Of a DNA stretch of 64,000 nt, positions 37,303 through 50,199 are shown one piece after another; the stretch's first letter is position 1; every line of letters starts with the position of its first letter. The notes under the pieces were generated by a model. It had not been told where the DNA came from and searched no databases. It saw only the letters and a program-made list of their open reading frames with translations. A program made the position numbers and the translations under genes. The stretch spans positions 30,690,001 through 30,754,000 of the forward strand of contig NW_027266271.1 of assembly GCF_022045235.1 (NCBI RefSeq), given 5' to 3'. This stretch comes from Haliotis cracherodii (taxonomy: Eukaryota).

Positions 37303-40300
37303 AAAGCCATATCACTGCTTCAAGTCACAAGCCTTCACTGTAACATAGACATACAACATTTCTGTTAACACTGTAGGCTCACTGATGTTAAAACATCCAC
37401 TGTTTTTTGGTTGAAAATAAAAGAGACTTGTTATCCAGCCATAATCTGGATATCTTATCATTTTGCTTATCCAGCCATGTTCTTTTTATCCAGCCATTAT
37501 TTTTGTGAACATTGCTGAATATCCAGACATGTTATTGTTATCCAGCCATATTGTCGTTACCTGCGTATATTGAAAGGATCCACTGAGACTGTGTGATACG
37601 GACTCATCTGTACATCGTCATATTGTTGTTGGGGGCCTTCACTTCCTGCTCCAGTTTGTTTGTGTCACATGCTCCCCTTGACCTTCAGTCAAGGGCCGTA
37701 ATATATTTGGCTCCTCGAACAATCCTAATCAGCTTCTGAGACAGGTGGCGGACTGTGCAGTAATGTTTGATTTTGTCATCAGGTCTTGACTCAGTCACAC
37801 TTAATTTGTATCTTAACACTCCGGCCTGGAGCAGATGGGAAAGTCGGCCATTTTAAAATTAGAGGGATGGAAAACCATTTTGGTTCATCTCCGGAGGGAA
37901 GAAAAGATAATTGGACTTCTCACTACTTGGATTATGTTCGATCATTCTGTGAGAGGAGACACTCTTGCTTACATCGTCTAGACCTGACATGTTTTCTTTA
38001 TGTCTAATTTACAAGACTTGCACATTTCAACTGCCCAAGGCATAAATGAGTTCAGCATCAGGATAGGTTCAGGAAATGTTTCTTTTACAGAACTGACATG
38101 TGGATTGATATAGAGACAGTACGTTGGTCCAATTTTAGACTTTTGGAGCATGAACAAATTCAGTGAATAAATATCTGTAGTGTATTTAACAGAATTACAA
38201 AGTTAACTTTGATAGTATTCCAGCTCAAAGATGAGAGCTAGTTGTAGGCAAATATGACCTGATTTCAGATTTGGATGCCATTGATGATGAGGAATATATA
38301 GGCTGTTGGTGTTGGGTTTTTTCACCTTTGATTCATATCAATGCTGTTGCTTAATTTGCTTTTGAAAAGGTTTATTAATGTAGGAATGCTATCATCAAGG
38401 CATTTAGAAAATAATGTATGTGACAAGTATATGGTGGTTGTCACTATAGCCGTATAAAATACAACATCTGAAATTGCATTCAAATCCGATAGAATCTTGT
38501 GTGCTGAACTGGATACATTTTTTTTTTAGAAAATAGTAATAATTTGGTAAGAATTCTGAACTTGACACATTCTTTTGGAAAATAGTATTTATATTTGTAA
38601 GAATGACTGAACTGGCAGTGTTTGTGAAAAATATATTATTGTTTGTAAAAATTACTAAACTGGCACATTTTTTAGTATTAATTTTTGTAAGAATCTCTCA
38701 TGGCCTCATGTGCTTGTGGATACCGCTGACAACTCCCACTACTGCCTTGTGTAAGATATTTTCGGTTGTGTGATGTCGATCATGGGAGGCTGAGTGCTGA
38801 GCTTCATGCTGGAAAATCGACTGACTTGTAACTTCCAATGATTGATACCAAAGGTGGACCTAAATTCGCTGGAAATGTTTTACATCACAGTACAATTACC
38901 TTTTTCATGCCTGCTTTTGAAGTTGCTCAGTCCAATTTCATACAATCAGCGATTTTTTTGAATTAACAAGAAATTCTCATTATGGACGAAAGAGTGGTTG
39001 ATTATTCCTCTGTAGTTTGTGTGGGAGAAGAGAACAGGGTGTCTCAGCAGTAGGAACTATGTCAGAAGTTCACAGGTGCCTTGGTACCTTCCAAAACGTC
39101 CACATTTCTGAGTGGGAAGACTGATTTGGGTTAAAAGCATCTTTGAACAGTATATCAGTTCTGTCATGGTCATGGAAACATGTAGGAAGAAAGCTGGAAG
39201 TGGTTCAGGTCTTGAAACCAATGGGTGAGTTTGGGATTTGAACCCTTGATCATAGGATCCTGACACACAAAAGGGACACAACTCTGCACAGTGAATTTAG
39301 GTGCCTTACTTGACTGGACCACTTGTGTCCTCATCAAATTTCTGAAAGTCTTATTGGTGCTTTAACTATTTTTGTCAACTGTCTAAATGGTTTTGGCAAC
39401 ATCTTAAAGCATTTTACGATACTGTGGCTGTCACTAAAGGTTTAGGTATGGCTGGTTTCAGTGGTGTAGAGATATTCACATTTGTAACTTGGTCACATGT
39501 GAAATATGACAAACTATTGAGCCTGTTTGATTTCCTCAACATGTTAAGTAGGTTACAAGGATGAAGGAGGTGGAGTAATAGGGGATTCGTCATCATTCAT
39601 GGCATTATGACTTTTCTGAGATAAATTTTCAACAGGTTTTAATTATGTTATTTCAAATGATTTGTTTATATTGACAACGACAGTTAAGCAGTTTTTATTA
39701 CTTTTTACTTATTTCTGGTTCGGCAGAATAAAAGAACCCAATCCCCTCTTATCATTTTATTTTTTAATAATTCAAGTTTTGGGAGTTTCAGAAAAAGTAA
39801 TCCAAAATGATGAAGTTTTAGTGAAGTACTCCTGCCAGCCCCACCCTTGCAGCATGTCTGCTGAGTAGGAGGGTACGTTGGTTCAGGTGAACACCAACGT
39901 TATTTCATGAAGCAACGAGAAGCCACAAGTGTGGTATTGCAAAATACAGGGGCGAATGTTGCAATACATGGGGATTAGTCAGACGCTAATGTCAGTGATG
40001 TCATCAAGATACATTTTCTTCAAGGATATTGCCATAATGTTCATCTATCCTTTAACCTTTTCATTTCTACTGACAAGCATGATTGATATTGTTTCCTGCA
40101 TGGCCTTGATTGGTTTGTCATCAACAAAGGTGGTAGACTTTCCCCAAATAAACGGCAGAAAATTTCCCAGTGAACTGCACACGTTTGCTTCAAGGTTATT
40201 TTGAGAATGTTTATAGAAAACATTGTTTGCTAATTAGCAAAAATTATTTCTCATGGTTTTATCACCATTTTTAACTACATTTAAACGTAACTATTGAAAA

Positions 40301-41239
40301 TATTTAGAAAACCTGCCAAAATGATGGCTGGTGTATTGTGTAATTTGACACTAGATCCACCATCACTGCACCAGCGGTTTCTGTCAACGGATGTTTTAGC
40401 ACTCATGTTTTAACACCTGCCATGCTGGTGTGACATAATGTTTACCTGAAACTGCCTGTTATAAGTTAAGAGCGTCAGACAGATTCGACGGGGAAACTCA
40501 TCCCCAAGCCGTGTGCTTAACGCGTCTGTTTTGATCCGTCTGGATGTGTTGTTGACATTCATGTAAGTGTTTTGTAAGTGGTTCATGAGGCGTTTATGGA
40601 AACTTTCTTCACATATTAGTTGATGAGGTGTAAACATGGTGTACCAGTTTTGAGTTTATGAAAACTTGCATTACAGAACTTTGGTCCTGAGGTGAAGAGT
40701 GTGCAATGTATCACTGATGTATCACATTTTGTTTGAAGGTTTGCTGTGTGTACATGCCTCATAAGCATCTTGATGGGAACACAAACACTGTAGCCACATT
40801 GTCAGAGGAGGCTCAGACTGTCATCACTTCCCAGCATGAACATTATTTCTATACTTGGTTACCGCTTGATTCAAGCTGAAGTCCGAACTATTGTTTGGAT
40901 GAACGGATTCAGTCTGCCGTGGAACAAAAAGTTGTAACCCACTCACTCACCCAGAACCCAATCACATGCTTCCCCCCCCAAGCAGATAAAAGTCTGTTTT
41001 GGATATATTTAGCATGCCTCCTCAACCCTACTGGGGTGTGAATTCTGCCCATCTCCTCCAGGGGACGTGTGACCGGCCCAGGCAGTCCAGGGAGGTGCTC
41101 GCTCGCATTCCCCCCACAGTTGTACTCCAGGAACATCTCGTGTGGGGATGTCCGTGACTGCTGACCTTTCAGGGCGTTGTTACATTTGCTGGCCGAGCAA
41201 GGGGGATGTGGGAAGGGGATGATTCTAGGTCATAAATCT

Positions 41240-41815
41240 GTGATATGCCCACAGATCTACAGACAGGGGCCATGATATGCTCACAGATACCAGACAGGGG
41301 CCATGATATGCTCACAGATCTACAGAGAAGGGCCATGATACGCTCACAGATCTACAGACAAGTGCCATGCTATGCTCACAGATCTACAGACAAGGGCCAT
41401 GATATGCTCACAGATCTGCAGACAAGGGCCATGATATGCTCACAGATCTGCAGACAAGGGCCATGATATGCTCACAGATCTACAGACAAGGGCCATGATA
41501 TGCTCACAGATCTACAGACAAGGGCCATGATATGCTCACAGATCCCAGACAAGGGCCATGATATGTTCACAGATCTACAGACAAGGGCCATGATATGTTC
41601 ACAGATCTACAGACAGGGGCCATGATATGTTCACAGATCTACAGACAAGGGCCATGATATGCTCATAGATCTACAGACAGGGGCCATGATATGCTCTCAG
41701 ATCCCAGACAGGGGCCATGATATGCTCACAGATCTACAGACAGGGGCCATGATATGCTCACAGATCACAGACAGGGGCCATGATATGCTCACAGATCTAC
41801 AGACAGGGGCCAATA
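41240..41815. repeat. 32-bp minisatellite, ~18 copies
   Basis: Unit CCATGATATGCTCACAGATCTACAGACARGGG; period 32 (41461 to 41493). Confidence 0.97.
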
Positions 41816-43289
41816 TTGCTGAGAACATCAGAACATGCACCATGTGAGTTGCTGATACTGTGCAGCAGAACCGTGCCATGACTAGCAGTATAACAAGGAT
41901 GGGTGTGTGTTGGTGTTCATTAAAGTGTGATAACTTGATATTTTTACCGCTTAAGTGTGATATATATAAAAGCTGCATCAGCAGGTATTAATCACCCAGA
42001 TAATACTGATACTGTGGCACCTTACCATGTTTAACCCTTGGATTGCCAAGCATATTGAAATTTTTAAAAATCTTTTTACATCTCAAGACCCATGATTTTT
42101 TTTAAGTTTGTCATGTGACCAGATCTATGTCGGACAGCCTGATTGGAATGATTGCCATGGATTATTTGTTACTTATTACAAGCACGCACGCACGCATGCA
42201 CGCTCGCACACTGTAAATCTTGAAATTAATGCGAGCATGATTTAAATGTGAAAAATGCGAGAGGTCTTTGTTCGCATTAATTAACTTCACATTTATGTCT
42301 CCAAATGACTATCAACATAAACATGGCCTCACTGTACACTTTGGAAAGCGGAAATACCAATTTGAATATAAACGTGAACACGGTTCATTGAGCAGCAGTT
42401 GTAACAAGTACATAACAATGTCACCCACCCATGCATCCACTCACCCACTCACCCACTCACTCACTCACTCACTCAGTTTCTGTGAAAAACAATGGAAGAA
42501 TATGTTTTATATGACATAGAATACAGCTTAATGTCTGAAGGACATACTGAAGAATCCAGGTCAGCAATACTGCAAAATGCATGATCTGTAAGAAACAGAA
42601 GAACTGAATATCTTTTGCTGTTTATGTTAATCAGAGGAAAAGAAAAGCAATTTATTCCAGAAAATCTTTTGTACAAAATTGTTATTGTGTTTTGAACTGC
42701 TGAAAAGTGCTGAAGTGATTTATATTAGAGGAACGTTTGAAGTGAAGCAGGAAAGGTTGGCCGACCTTGAATGTCTTCCGCTTGCTGTCTGTTGTTGCTG
42801 GCTGGATGCATGTGCACTCCGACTGTAAACACTGCACCGAGCATGCGGACGAGAGCCGCTCAGGTAGACGGGAAGTGCATCAAGTGGAAACACAAACCAA
42901 AATTGTAATTTTTATCTGGAGCGCGATGCTGATGGCAATACGCCTCAAATAGCACTATCAGGTCCCCCCAGCTGTTGCACGCTATCTGGTGTACTTGGTA
43001 GCAGCGGGAGGGAGTGGGTGGTGGAGTGAGAGTTGCACAGTCAGCTCTCCTCACCTGGCAGACAAATCTGTTCACAGTTCACAGAAAATGTCCATATCTA
43101 GAATGAGCTTGTTTTGTAACAAAACTGTCAGCAGGTCAGTGAGGTGTGGTCAGCAGACAACCAGGTTCCTCCCCCATTGCGGAGCTTGACACCAGGCTGT
43201 AACTTTACGTAAACAAACAAATCTGTTCCCTAGCCAGTAGATCTCACTATGCCGTATTCCATTGAGAAATCTACAATCTGGTCCAACTT

Positions 43290-43993
43290 TACCTGCTGTC
43301 TGACCGACTGTGACGGGCACCTGCTGTCTGACCGACTGTGACAGGCACCTGCTGTCTGATGGACTGTGACAGGCACCTGCTGTCTGATGGACTGTGACTT
43401 GCACCTGCTGTCTGACCGACTGTGGCAGGCACCTGCTGTCTGATGGACTGTGACTTGCACCTGCTGTCTGATGGACTGTGACAGGCACCTGCTGTCTGAC
43501 CTACTGTGACAGGCACCTGCTGTCTGACCGGCTGTGACAGGCACCTGCTGTCTGACCGACTGTGACAGGCACCTGCTGTCTGACCGGCTGTGATAGGCAC
43601 CTGCTGTCTGATGGACTGTGACAGGCACCTGCTGTCTGATGGACTGTGACAGGCACCTGCTGTCTGATGGACTGTGACAGGCACCTGCTGTCTGATTGTC
43701 TGACAGGCACCTGCTGTCTGATGGACTGTGACAGGCACCTGCTGTCTGATGGACTGTGACAGGCACCTGCTGTCTGATGGACTGTGACAGGCTCCTGCTG
43801 TCTGACCGACTGTGACAGGCACCTGCTGTCTGACCGGCTGTGACAGGCACCTGCTGTCTGCACGCAGTGTGACAGGCACCTGCTGTCTGATGGACTGACA
43901 GGCACCTGCTGTCTGCACGCACTGTGACAGGCACCTGCTGTCTGATGGACTCTGACAGGCACCTGCTGTCTGATGGACTGTGACAGGCACCTG
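43290..43993. repeat. 28-bp minisatellite, left arm (~25 copies)
   Basis: Unit ACAGGCACCTGCTGTCTGATGGACTGTG; explains ORFs 43150-44006. Confidence 0.97.
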
Positions 43994-44344
43994 GGCCGGT
44001 ATTCACAAAGCTTCTTAGAATTTTCTTAGAAATTGGCTTAAGTTTTCTAAAAAATTCTTAGCTAAGAAAAAATCTTAAGTATCAATTCACAAACAGTCTA
44101 AGCATGATTCTTAGCAAAGTATTAGTATAATATCTAAGAGTTTTCTTAGTCTACCCCGTTTCATCTTGGGATGTAAAGTTTTGACTAAGAATATTCTTAA
44201 CACCTTTCGAGTGACGTTTTGGACATTCCCTTATCTATAAATAGCAACAAAACATGACTCTTCAGTGTTGAAAACGCAAAAGTAAAAAGTTTTGGCAGAC
44301 GACTTATTTTCGATCGGCGGGAATATCGACGGCAGCCAGCGAAC

Positions 44345-44519
44345 ATGACTGACAAAAAGCGAAAACCCAACTGGTCTGAGGACCAAAACCTGCTCCTGAC
44401 GAATCTTGTTGACGACAACAAAGCGGTTTTATTAGGAAAGTTCGGGGCAGGCGTGACAGCTCAAAAGAAAAAGGAAAAGTGGGTGGAGTTGACCCACACG
44501 ATCAACGCAGCCTTTCCAG
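44345..44519 (+). CDS. Harbinger Myb/SANT-like (trihelix) DNA-binding protein, exon 1 only
   Basis: MTDKKRKPNWSEDQNLLLTNLV...VTAQKKKEKWVELTHTINAAFP fits the RKxNW/F...KKxxWxxIxxxxN pattern; donor CAG|GTACGG at 44520; TATA-like CTATAAATA at ~44235; no second exon seen. Confidence 0.85.
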
Positions 44520-45019
44520 GTACGGCAGACCATAAAGATAGTTTTTGGTATTGAAATATATTAAGATTCAAATAATGTTCAAATTTCTATTGTGATTGAA
44601 CATGAGTAGTCAATAATTATTGTGAATTATTTTGAACTCCAATAACGATTATCCAGTCTGTTAAGTGAATGGACAGATGTTTTAGTCACTTGATGTAATG
44701 ACTGAAATATTTAGGCTTTTTTATACTTTGTGAAAAGCGATTCACATTTTACACATTGACCTATATATTTTTAGAATAATTTTTTTGTTTTTTTAAACAT
44801 AAATGTTTTTCTGGCTTATCTGTCATTAAATATATTTCATATTTTTATATGGGTAATTTCTTAATGTTGACTTTCGATATATATATGCACAACCAAATAT
44901 CTTTTCACATTTGAACACTTAAACTTTTCACAACAACCAATTCTCACTATTGTAATTTTGAAGGGGGATAACTCTCATTACGATTGCGTGTTCACGAATG
45001 TAGGAGAATATTACCGATT

Positions 45020-45742
45020 TTAGGATGTCTGTGAGCCAGGATTTGGTCTCAGGTACGGCGTAAGCAGCCAGTTTCTGCAGGGGTAGCCACTATCTCCAAG
45101 TAGGTGACATCCGGTTGGCACGATGTGTCGTTCAAATAAAATATGAAGCCCGCTTTCGGTGAGTATTCTCGAGTCGTGTGTCGAGCCTGGCCACTTCGCA
45201 ACAAGGTCAATTATCATATTGTTTGGATCGAATACAAGCTGTGTGTTTATACTGTGGTACTGTTTACGATTCACATATGAGGGTTCGTCGACAGATGGTG
45301 CAATAATCTGCACATGCGATCCATCAATCACTCCAACAACGCCAGGGAAGTGAGCGATGTTGTAAAACGCCGCTTGATTCCGACGAATGCAACCCTGTGT
45401 TGTCGGAAAGTGAATAAACTGGGATGCTATCTCGGCGTCGGACAAAGCTGACACTGTCTGCTCTATCGCCCGACTGACTGACGATTGGGAAAGACCCAAG
45501 TCATCCCCGTTGCATAATTGCATTTTGCCTGTAGCGAAATAACGTAGCGTTGCTACAACCTTTTCAGTTCCTGCCATGGCATGAGAACGAGAGGTGCTAG
45601 GACATATTTTATCAGCAATTAACCCAGTCACATATTCAATACCACTTTTGTTTAACCTGTATCTTCTGATTAGTTCTTTGTCAGAATATATTTGCAGTAC
45701 ATCTCGTCTAGCGGTGGTTTGTACAGTACCTATGGCAGCCAT
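45020..45742 (-). pseudogene. Harbinger (HARBI1-like, DDE_Tnp_4) transposase, truncated
   Basis: Motifs 'LRYFATG', 'GLSQSSVSR', 'FPGVVGVIDGSHV', 'YVNRKQYHSINTQ', 'WPGSTHDSRI', 'LLGDSGYP', 'LLTP'; stop TAA at the expected Y of Y-N-R; the region with the catalytic E is absent. Confidence 0.92.
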
Positions 45743-45954
45743 ATTGGATGTCTTAAGAAAATTCTTAAGGACTTAAGTAAGCTCATGAGGTATCTTAAAC
45801 TTAAGCAAAGAACTAAGCACTGAGAAGCTCTGTGAATATGACTTAAGAAATTTCTTAAAACTTAAGTTGGTTGTTAGGGAAACTAAGATTTCTTTGTGGA
45901 TTTAAGAATTCTTAAGGCTTAAGAAAATTCTAAGAAGCTTTGTGAATACCGCCC

Positions 45955-46232
45955 CTGCTGTCTGATGGACTGTGACAGGCACCTGCTGTCTGCCCGACTG
46001 TGACAGGCACCTGCTGTCTGTCCGACTGTGATGGGCACCTGCTGTCTGACCGACTGTGACAGGCACCTGCTGTCTGATGGACTGTGACAGGCACCTGCTG
46101 TCTGACTGACTGTGACTTGCACCTGCTGTCTGACCGACTGTGACAGGCACCTGCTGTCTGACTGACTGTGACTTGCACCTGCTGTCTGATGGACTGTGAC
46201 AGGCACCTGCTGTCTGACCGACAGTGACAGGC
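45955..46232. repeat. 28-bp minisatellite, right arm (~10 copies)
   Basis: Same unit as 43290-43993, resuming in register after the TSD. Confidence 0.97.
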
Positions 46233-48501
46233 TGTGTGGATTTAAATCTGGTGACTAGGAGGGCCATGGCAAGACCTGGATGTTGTGATTCCTGAAAAAG
46301 GCTGTTGTCACTCTTGCCATGTGAGGTCCGGTGATGTCTTATTGGAAAACGATGTTCGCTTGTGTGGCAGAAGAATCTGATCCATGTAATGCTATGCCGT
46401 GGTTGTCGTATGCTCTCACATGGTTGTCGGTTTGTGGTGTAAAACACTACTCACTCACTCACTTATTATATCAAAATTATTTATTTTAGAGACTATAAAG
46501 CGTTAGTCTATCTGTAGGCGAGCTGTGTCTGCTGTTAGACTACCAACAACAGAGAGAAATATTTTTACAAGACATAGGGTGGAGTCCACCCAAAGGCTTA
46601 AAAATCCCCCCCCCCCCTAATCACAAACTCTAGATGTAAACCATTATTTATTTTAATTTGACAACCAAATCAACATGTTATCATGATAGGCAGTGCGCAT
46701 ACAAAATGTCATCAAATGTAAAGAAGACGGAGAACCTCTCGATCCACCTCTGATTGGTCATACGCCTACGCTCCTGAAATAATCTGCTCATTTTCAACAG
46801 ATCTTTTAGTTGAATAAACAAATCTTACATTTGATATTTCACGATTTTCTTGATGATTGGTTTGCCTTAAATTCTTTCAGAACAAGTCTTTTTTTTAAAT
46901 ATCCTGAACAGCCACGTAATTCATGTTCGACAAAACTACAGCTGATTTAACAAGTGCTGTTTTCATTTGCTGAATGATTTCATGAAAGATAAATAACTGT
47001 ATTTTCAAGTACTACAATTGCTCGTTAATCTTGTCAGCTTAACACAAACTGGTTCTTCAGATCTGCTATAATACCAGGCACAATTCCAGGTTCTTCAAGA
47101 AGTTCTTGGGGCAAATTGGAACCACATGTCACCACTGCTCGGGACTGTTAATCAATATCGTTTTAACTGTTAATTGATGTTTATAGATGATCAGGTTTAG
47201 CTGTGATGTGAGTCAGGCCACTAACAAGGCGGAGGGTCGGCCTGCAGGGAGGAATGAGTATGATAGAATGCGACATGATTGTGTGTGTGTGTGGGTGGGT
47301 GGGGGGGGGGTAACCCTTGTGGGATCAGGTCAAGGTCATCTGCAATGTCAAGATGATTTGATTGAAACTAATCTATTCATAATTCCTCATGTGGACAAAT
47401 TAATTCTTGAATTGCATATTTCAGCAGATGAATAATTCATAGCATTTACATTAACACAAATCAATATATTCTTAATTTGTTCAGTTCATAACTTCGTATC
47501 TCTCTAGACTAGAACTGATACTTTTATGATTACGTGTGTTAGGATGTTTTTGTTTTGTTGTGGTCATTTTGGGAAGCTGGTGAGATCTAAGAAATAAACC
47601 CATTAAAAGAAGATAGGAAACTTTGTTTCCTTGGCAAACATGTTACCTGTCCTCTGCTACAATTAACAAGCAGCATTTCGAATAAATGTCTTCCAAGTCC
47701 TGATGACATTTGAAAAGCGACTTTTCCTGTATCACGAGAAGTCTTCAGCAACAGCAAAGGAATAAATCTAATATGCTATATTACATTGTGTTAATTCTTT
47801 GTCAATTAAACCTTGATGCAGAGCCAAGAAGTAGCCGTGCATGTTGTTTATGTGTTATACAGAAGTTCTTACCCATAATACTCCTGTCATGATTACCTCA
47901 ACGTTTAAGTGCCTATACAGATCTTCAATTAAACCCAGCTGGGATGTTGCATGTTTGCTGAAGCCAGAATAGAACAGGTTGAAGACATCAAACGATGTCA
48001 TGATCATGTAATGAATTGTAACATGTTGTCCAGAAAATCGTATCTTGACAAAATATTACATTGTAGCCTTTTGGTTTTGTGGCTGAGTAGATATGGTTGT
48101 CATTGTTTTGTTATGGGTTTTGTTGTATTCGAGATGGTGCATAACTTAAGGATCACAGGAGGCATCTGCTTGAAGTTGGTTTACTCCGGAAGTCAGTACA
48201 TGAAGAGACGTGATGTCCCATTGCCATATTTTGGGACGTGATGCACTAGATGAAGATTACATATCGTAACAGTCATGAAGGAAGCATCTGATATGTTTTT
48301 CTTGTGATGAGAGATGACTGTGAGTCATTCAGAGAAATGACCGAGTCAGGCTGATGTACAGTCATGGATGCATCACCACCTGTTACATACTGGGAGGATT
48401 TGGGGACAAATTCCTTCTCCAAGTGTCACATGCTTTTTGGCATTGTTGATAGAAGGACCTGAAGTTATATTTTTAGTTCACTTTGACATCTATTGTGTGT
48501 A

Positions 48502-48741
48502 ACCCATGACTATCCTGGTTTAAATTGGTCTTTAGCAACCCATGCTTGTTGTAAGAGGCAACTAACAGGATCAGGTGGTCAGGCTTGCTGACTTGGTCGA
48601 TACATGTCAATGTATTCCCAGTGCGTAGATCAATGCTCATGATGTCAATCACTGTATTGTCGTGTCAGAACTTGATTTATTTACAGATCGCTGTTGTATA
48701 GCTGGAATATTGCTGAGTGCAGCGTTAAACAACAAACAAAC
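48502..48741 (+). mobile_element. SINE-like family B, full length
   Basis: Head ACCCATGAC.ATCCTGGTT..ATTGGTCTTTAGCAACCCATGCTTGTTGTAAGAGGCAACTAAC; tail TATAGCTGGAATATTGCTGAGTGCAGCGTTAAAC(AAAC)n. Confidence 0.85.
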
Positions 48742-48769
48742 CTTTATGTGCAATGGTTCTCAAACAATA

Positions 48770-49041
48770 GGGGGGCATGGATGGCCCAGTCGTCTAAGGT
48801 GCTGCCATTCGCTGTGCAGAGTTGCATCCCTTGGGCATGCCAGAAACCTATGATTGTGGGTTCGAATTCCGGTTCGCCCAGATTATGTTTCTAGGTTGTC
48901 AGCACCATACCCATGCTGGGTTTCACCGAAGTGATAAACGTCTATGACCGGCATCACTTCGGGTTTTCCTCCCCAATGAAGCTGACACGCCGTGATATAA
49001 CTGGAATACTGTTAAAAGCGGCGTTAAACCCAACTCACTCA
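48770..49041 (+). mobile_element. SINE family C with 11-bp TSD
   Basis: Homologous to 24787-25040; CTCAAACAATA on both flanks. Confidence 0.9.
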
Positions 49042-49863
49042 CTCAAACAATATTTTCGAAAAAAAATCAATAAAGGTGAATTTCTGTACCTCGGGTACTC
49101 TTGTTTGATGTTCAGTAGTCATTTCTGAGTTCCCTTGCATCCTCCTCATCATTATGATGTACCAATTCACATATCAGCTTCTTCACAAACTGCCATGTCT
49201 TCATTGCCAAGATATCGTTTGATTTCCCGAAATCAGAAAGTTTCCAGCAATTATCGTGGAGCGTTAAGTCCGGGGTAAATGCCACGTGAAACCGGAATGG
49301 CTATACTTTAGGACATTGATTCTTTCACCGCTTTGATCATGTAGTAAGGGAATTAAATTTCTGCCTTTGCCTTTGTAGAAGCGAGTTTGTTTGACAATTT
49401 TGCTCTTACAGTGTAGCGAAGTTGACACATGTCCAATCAGGAAAACAGATTTTGTCATGTCAAGCTTTGAATATATGATGCAATGTGATTGGCTGGTGTG
49501 TTGATCTTGACTCATGCTGAGTTTGGAGTATTTTCACCACAGTTGCATGATGGGACATTAAACATGCCCCCTGGTGGACAGATTCAGGCAATTTGTTGGG
49601 CTGTTGAGCAACACAATTAATCAACAAACGAAATAGATTGATTTTACATCTGTTGAGAATGTTTGCTGCAACTTATTGGGAGATCATGACATGGAATGGG
49701 TTCCTTTGAGACCAGACAGAGAGGCTGATTACCTTTTTGAGGGTAGGGTCTGGTGAGTGGAGGTAAATGATGATGCCATGTAGGGACATCTCAGGGTCTG
49801 TTTGATGAACTCACTGGACATTCTCTTGTATTTTCTAATAGGTCTGTAGTCTGAAGTAGAAAC

Positions 49864-50022
49864 TGGTTGAATCTTGTCATCGATCCCAATTGCATGGATC
49901 GATGCTCATGATATAAATCACTGGATTGTCTAGTCCAGACTTGATTATTTACCTACTGCCATCGTATAGCTGGAATATTGCTGTGTGCGGTATAAAACAA
50001 CAATCCAAACCAAACAAAAAAA
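49864..50022 (+). mobile_element. SINE-like family B, 5'-truncated, with 12-bp TSD
   Basis: TSD TGAAGTAGAAAC (49852-63, 50023-34); family B body and tail. Confidence 0.88.
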
Positions 50023-50199
50023 TGAAGTAGAAACATCAAACTGAGAACGTGTTGTATGTCTTAGACAGTGATCGAGTCCGGGTGGGGACACCTGGAAGTT
50101 ACATCACGCATCTACCATCTTGCTGAGATATTGTGCTGTTAGACACAGGTAATGGGCAGCTGGTTCCCAAATGAGGAACTTAGGTTGTTGCATACTGAT

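Larger units (their letters stand above)
43994..45954. mobile_element. PIF/Harbinger DNA transposon, internally deleted
   Basis: 35-bp TIRs GG(C/G)CGGTATTCACAAAGCTTCTTAGAATTTTCTTA (43994-44028, 45920-45954; 1 mismatch); CTG TSD (43991-93, 45955-57); convergent Myb-like and DDE ORFs; dense subterminal CTTAAG/CTAAG repeats. Confidence 0.95.

Noticed and set aside
45020-45742. Domesticated host HARBI1 gene
   Set aside because: Sits between TIRs and a TSD with a Myb partner, and is truncated before the third catalytic residue.
43150-46447. Repetitive ORFs (QTAGACHSPSDSR)
   Set aside because: 28-bp tandem repeat read in all minus frames; no domain signal.
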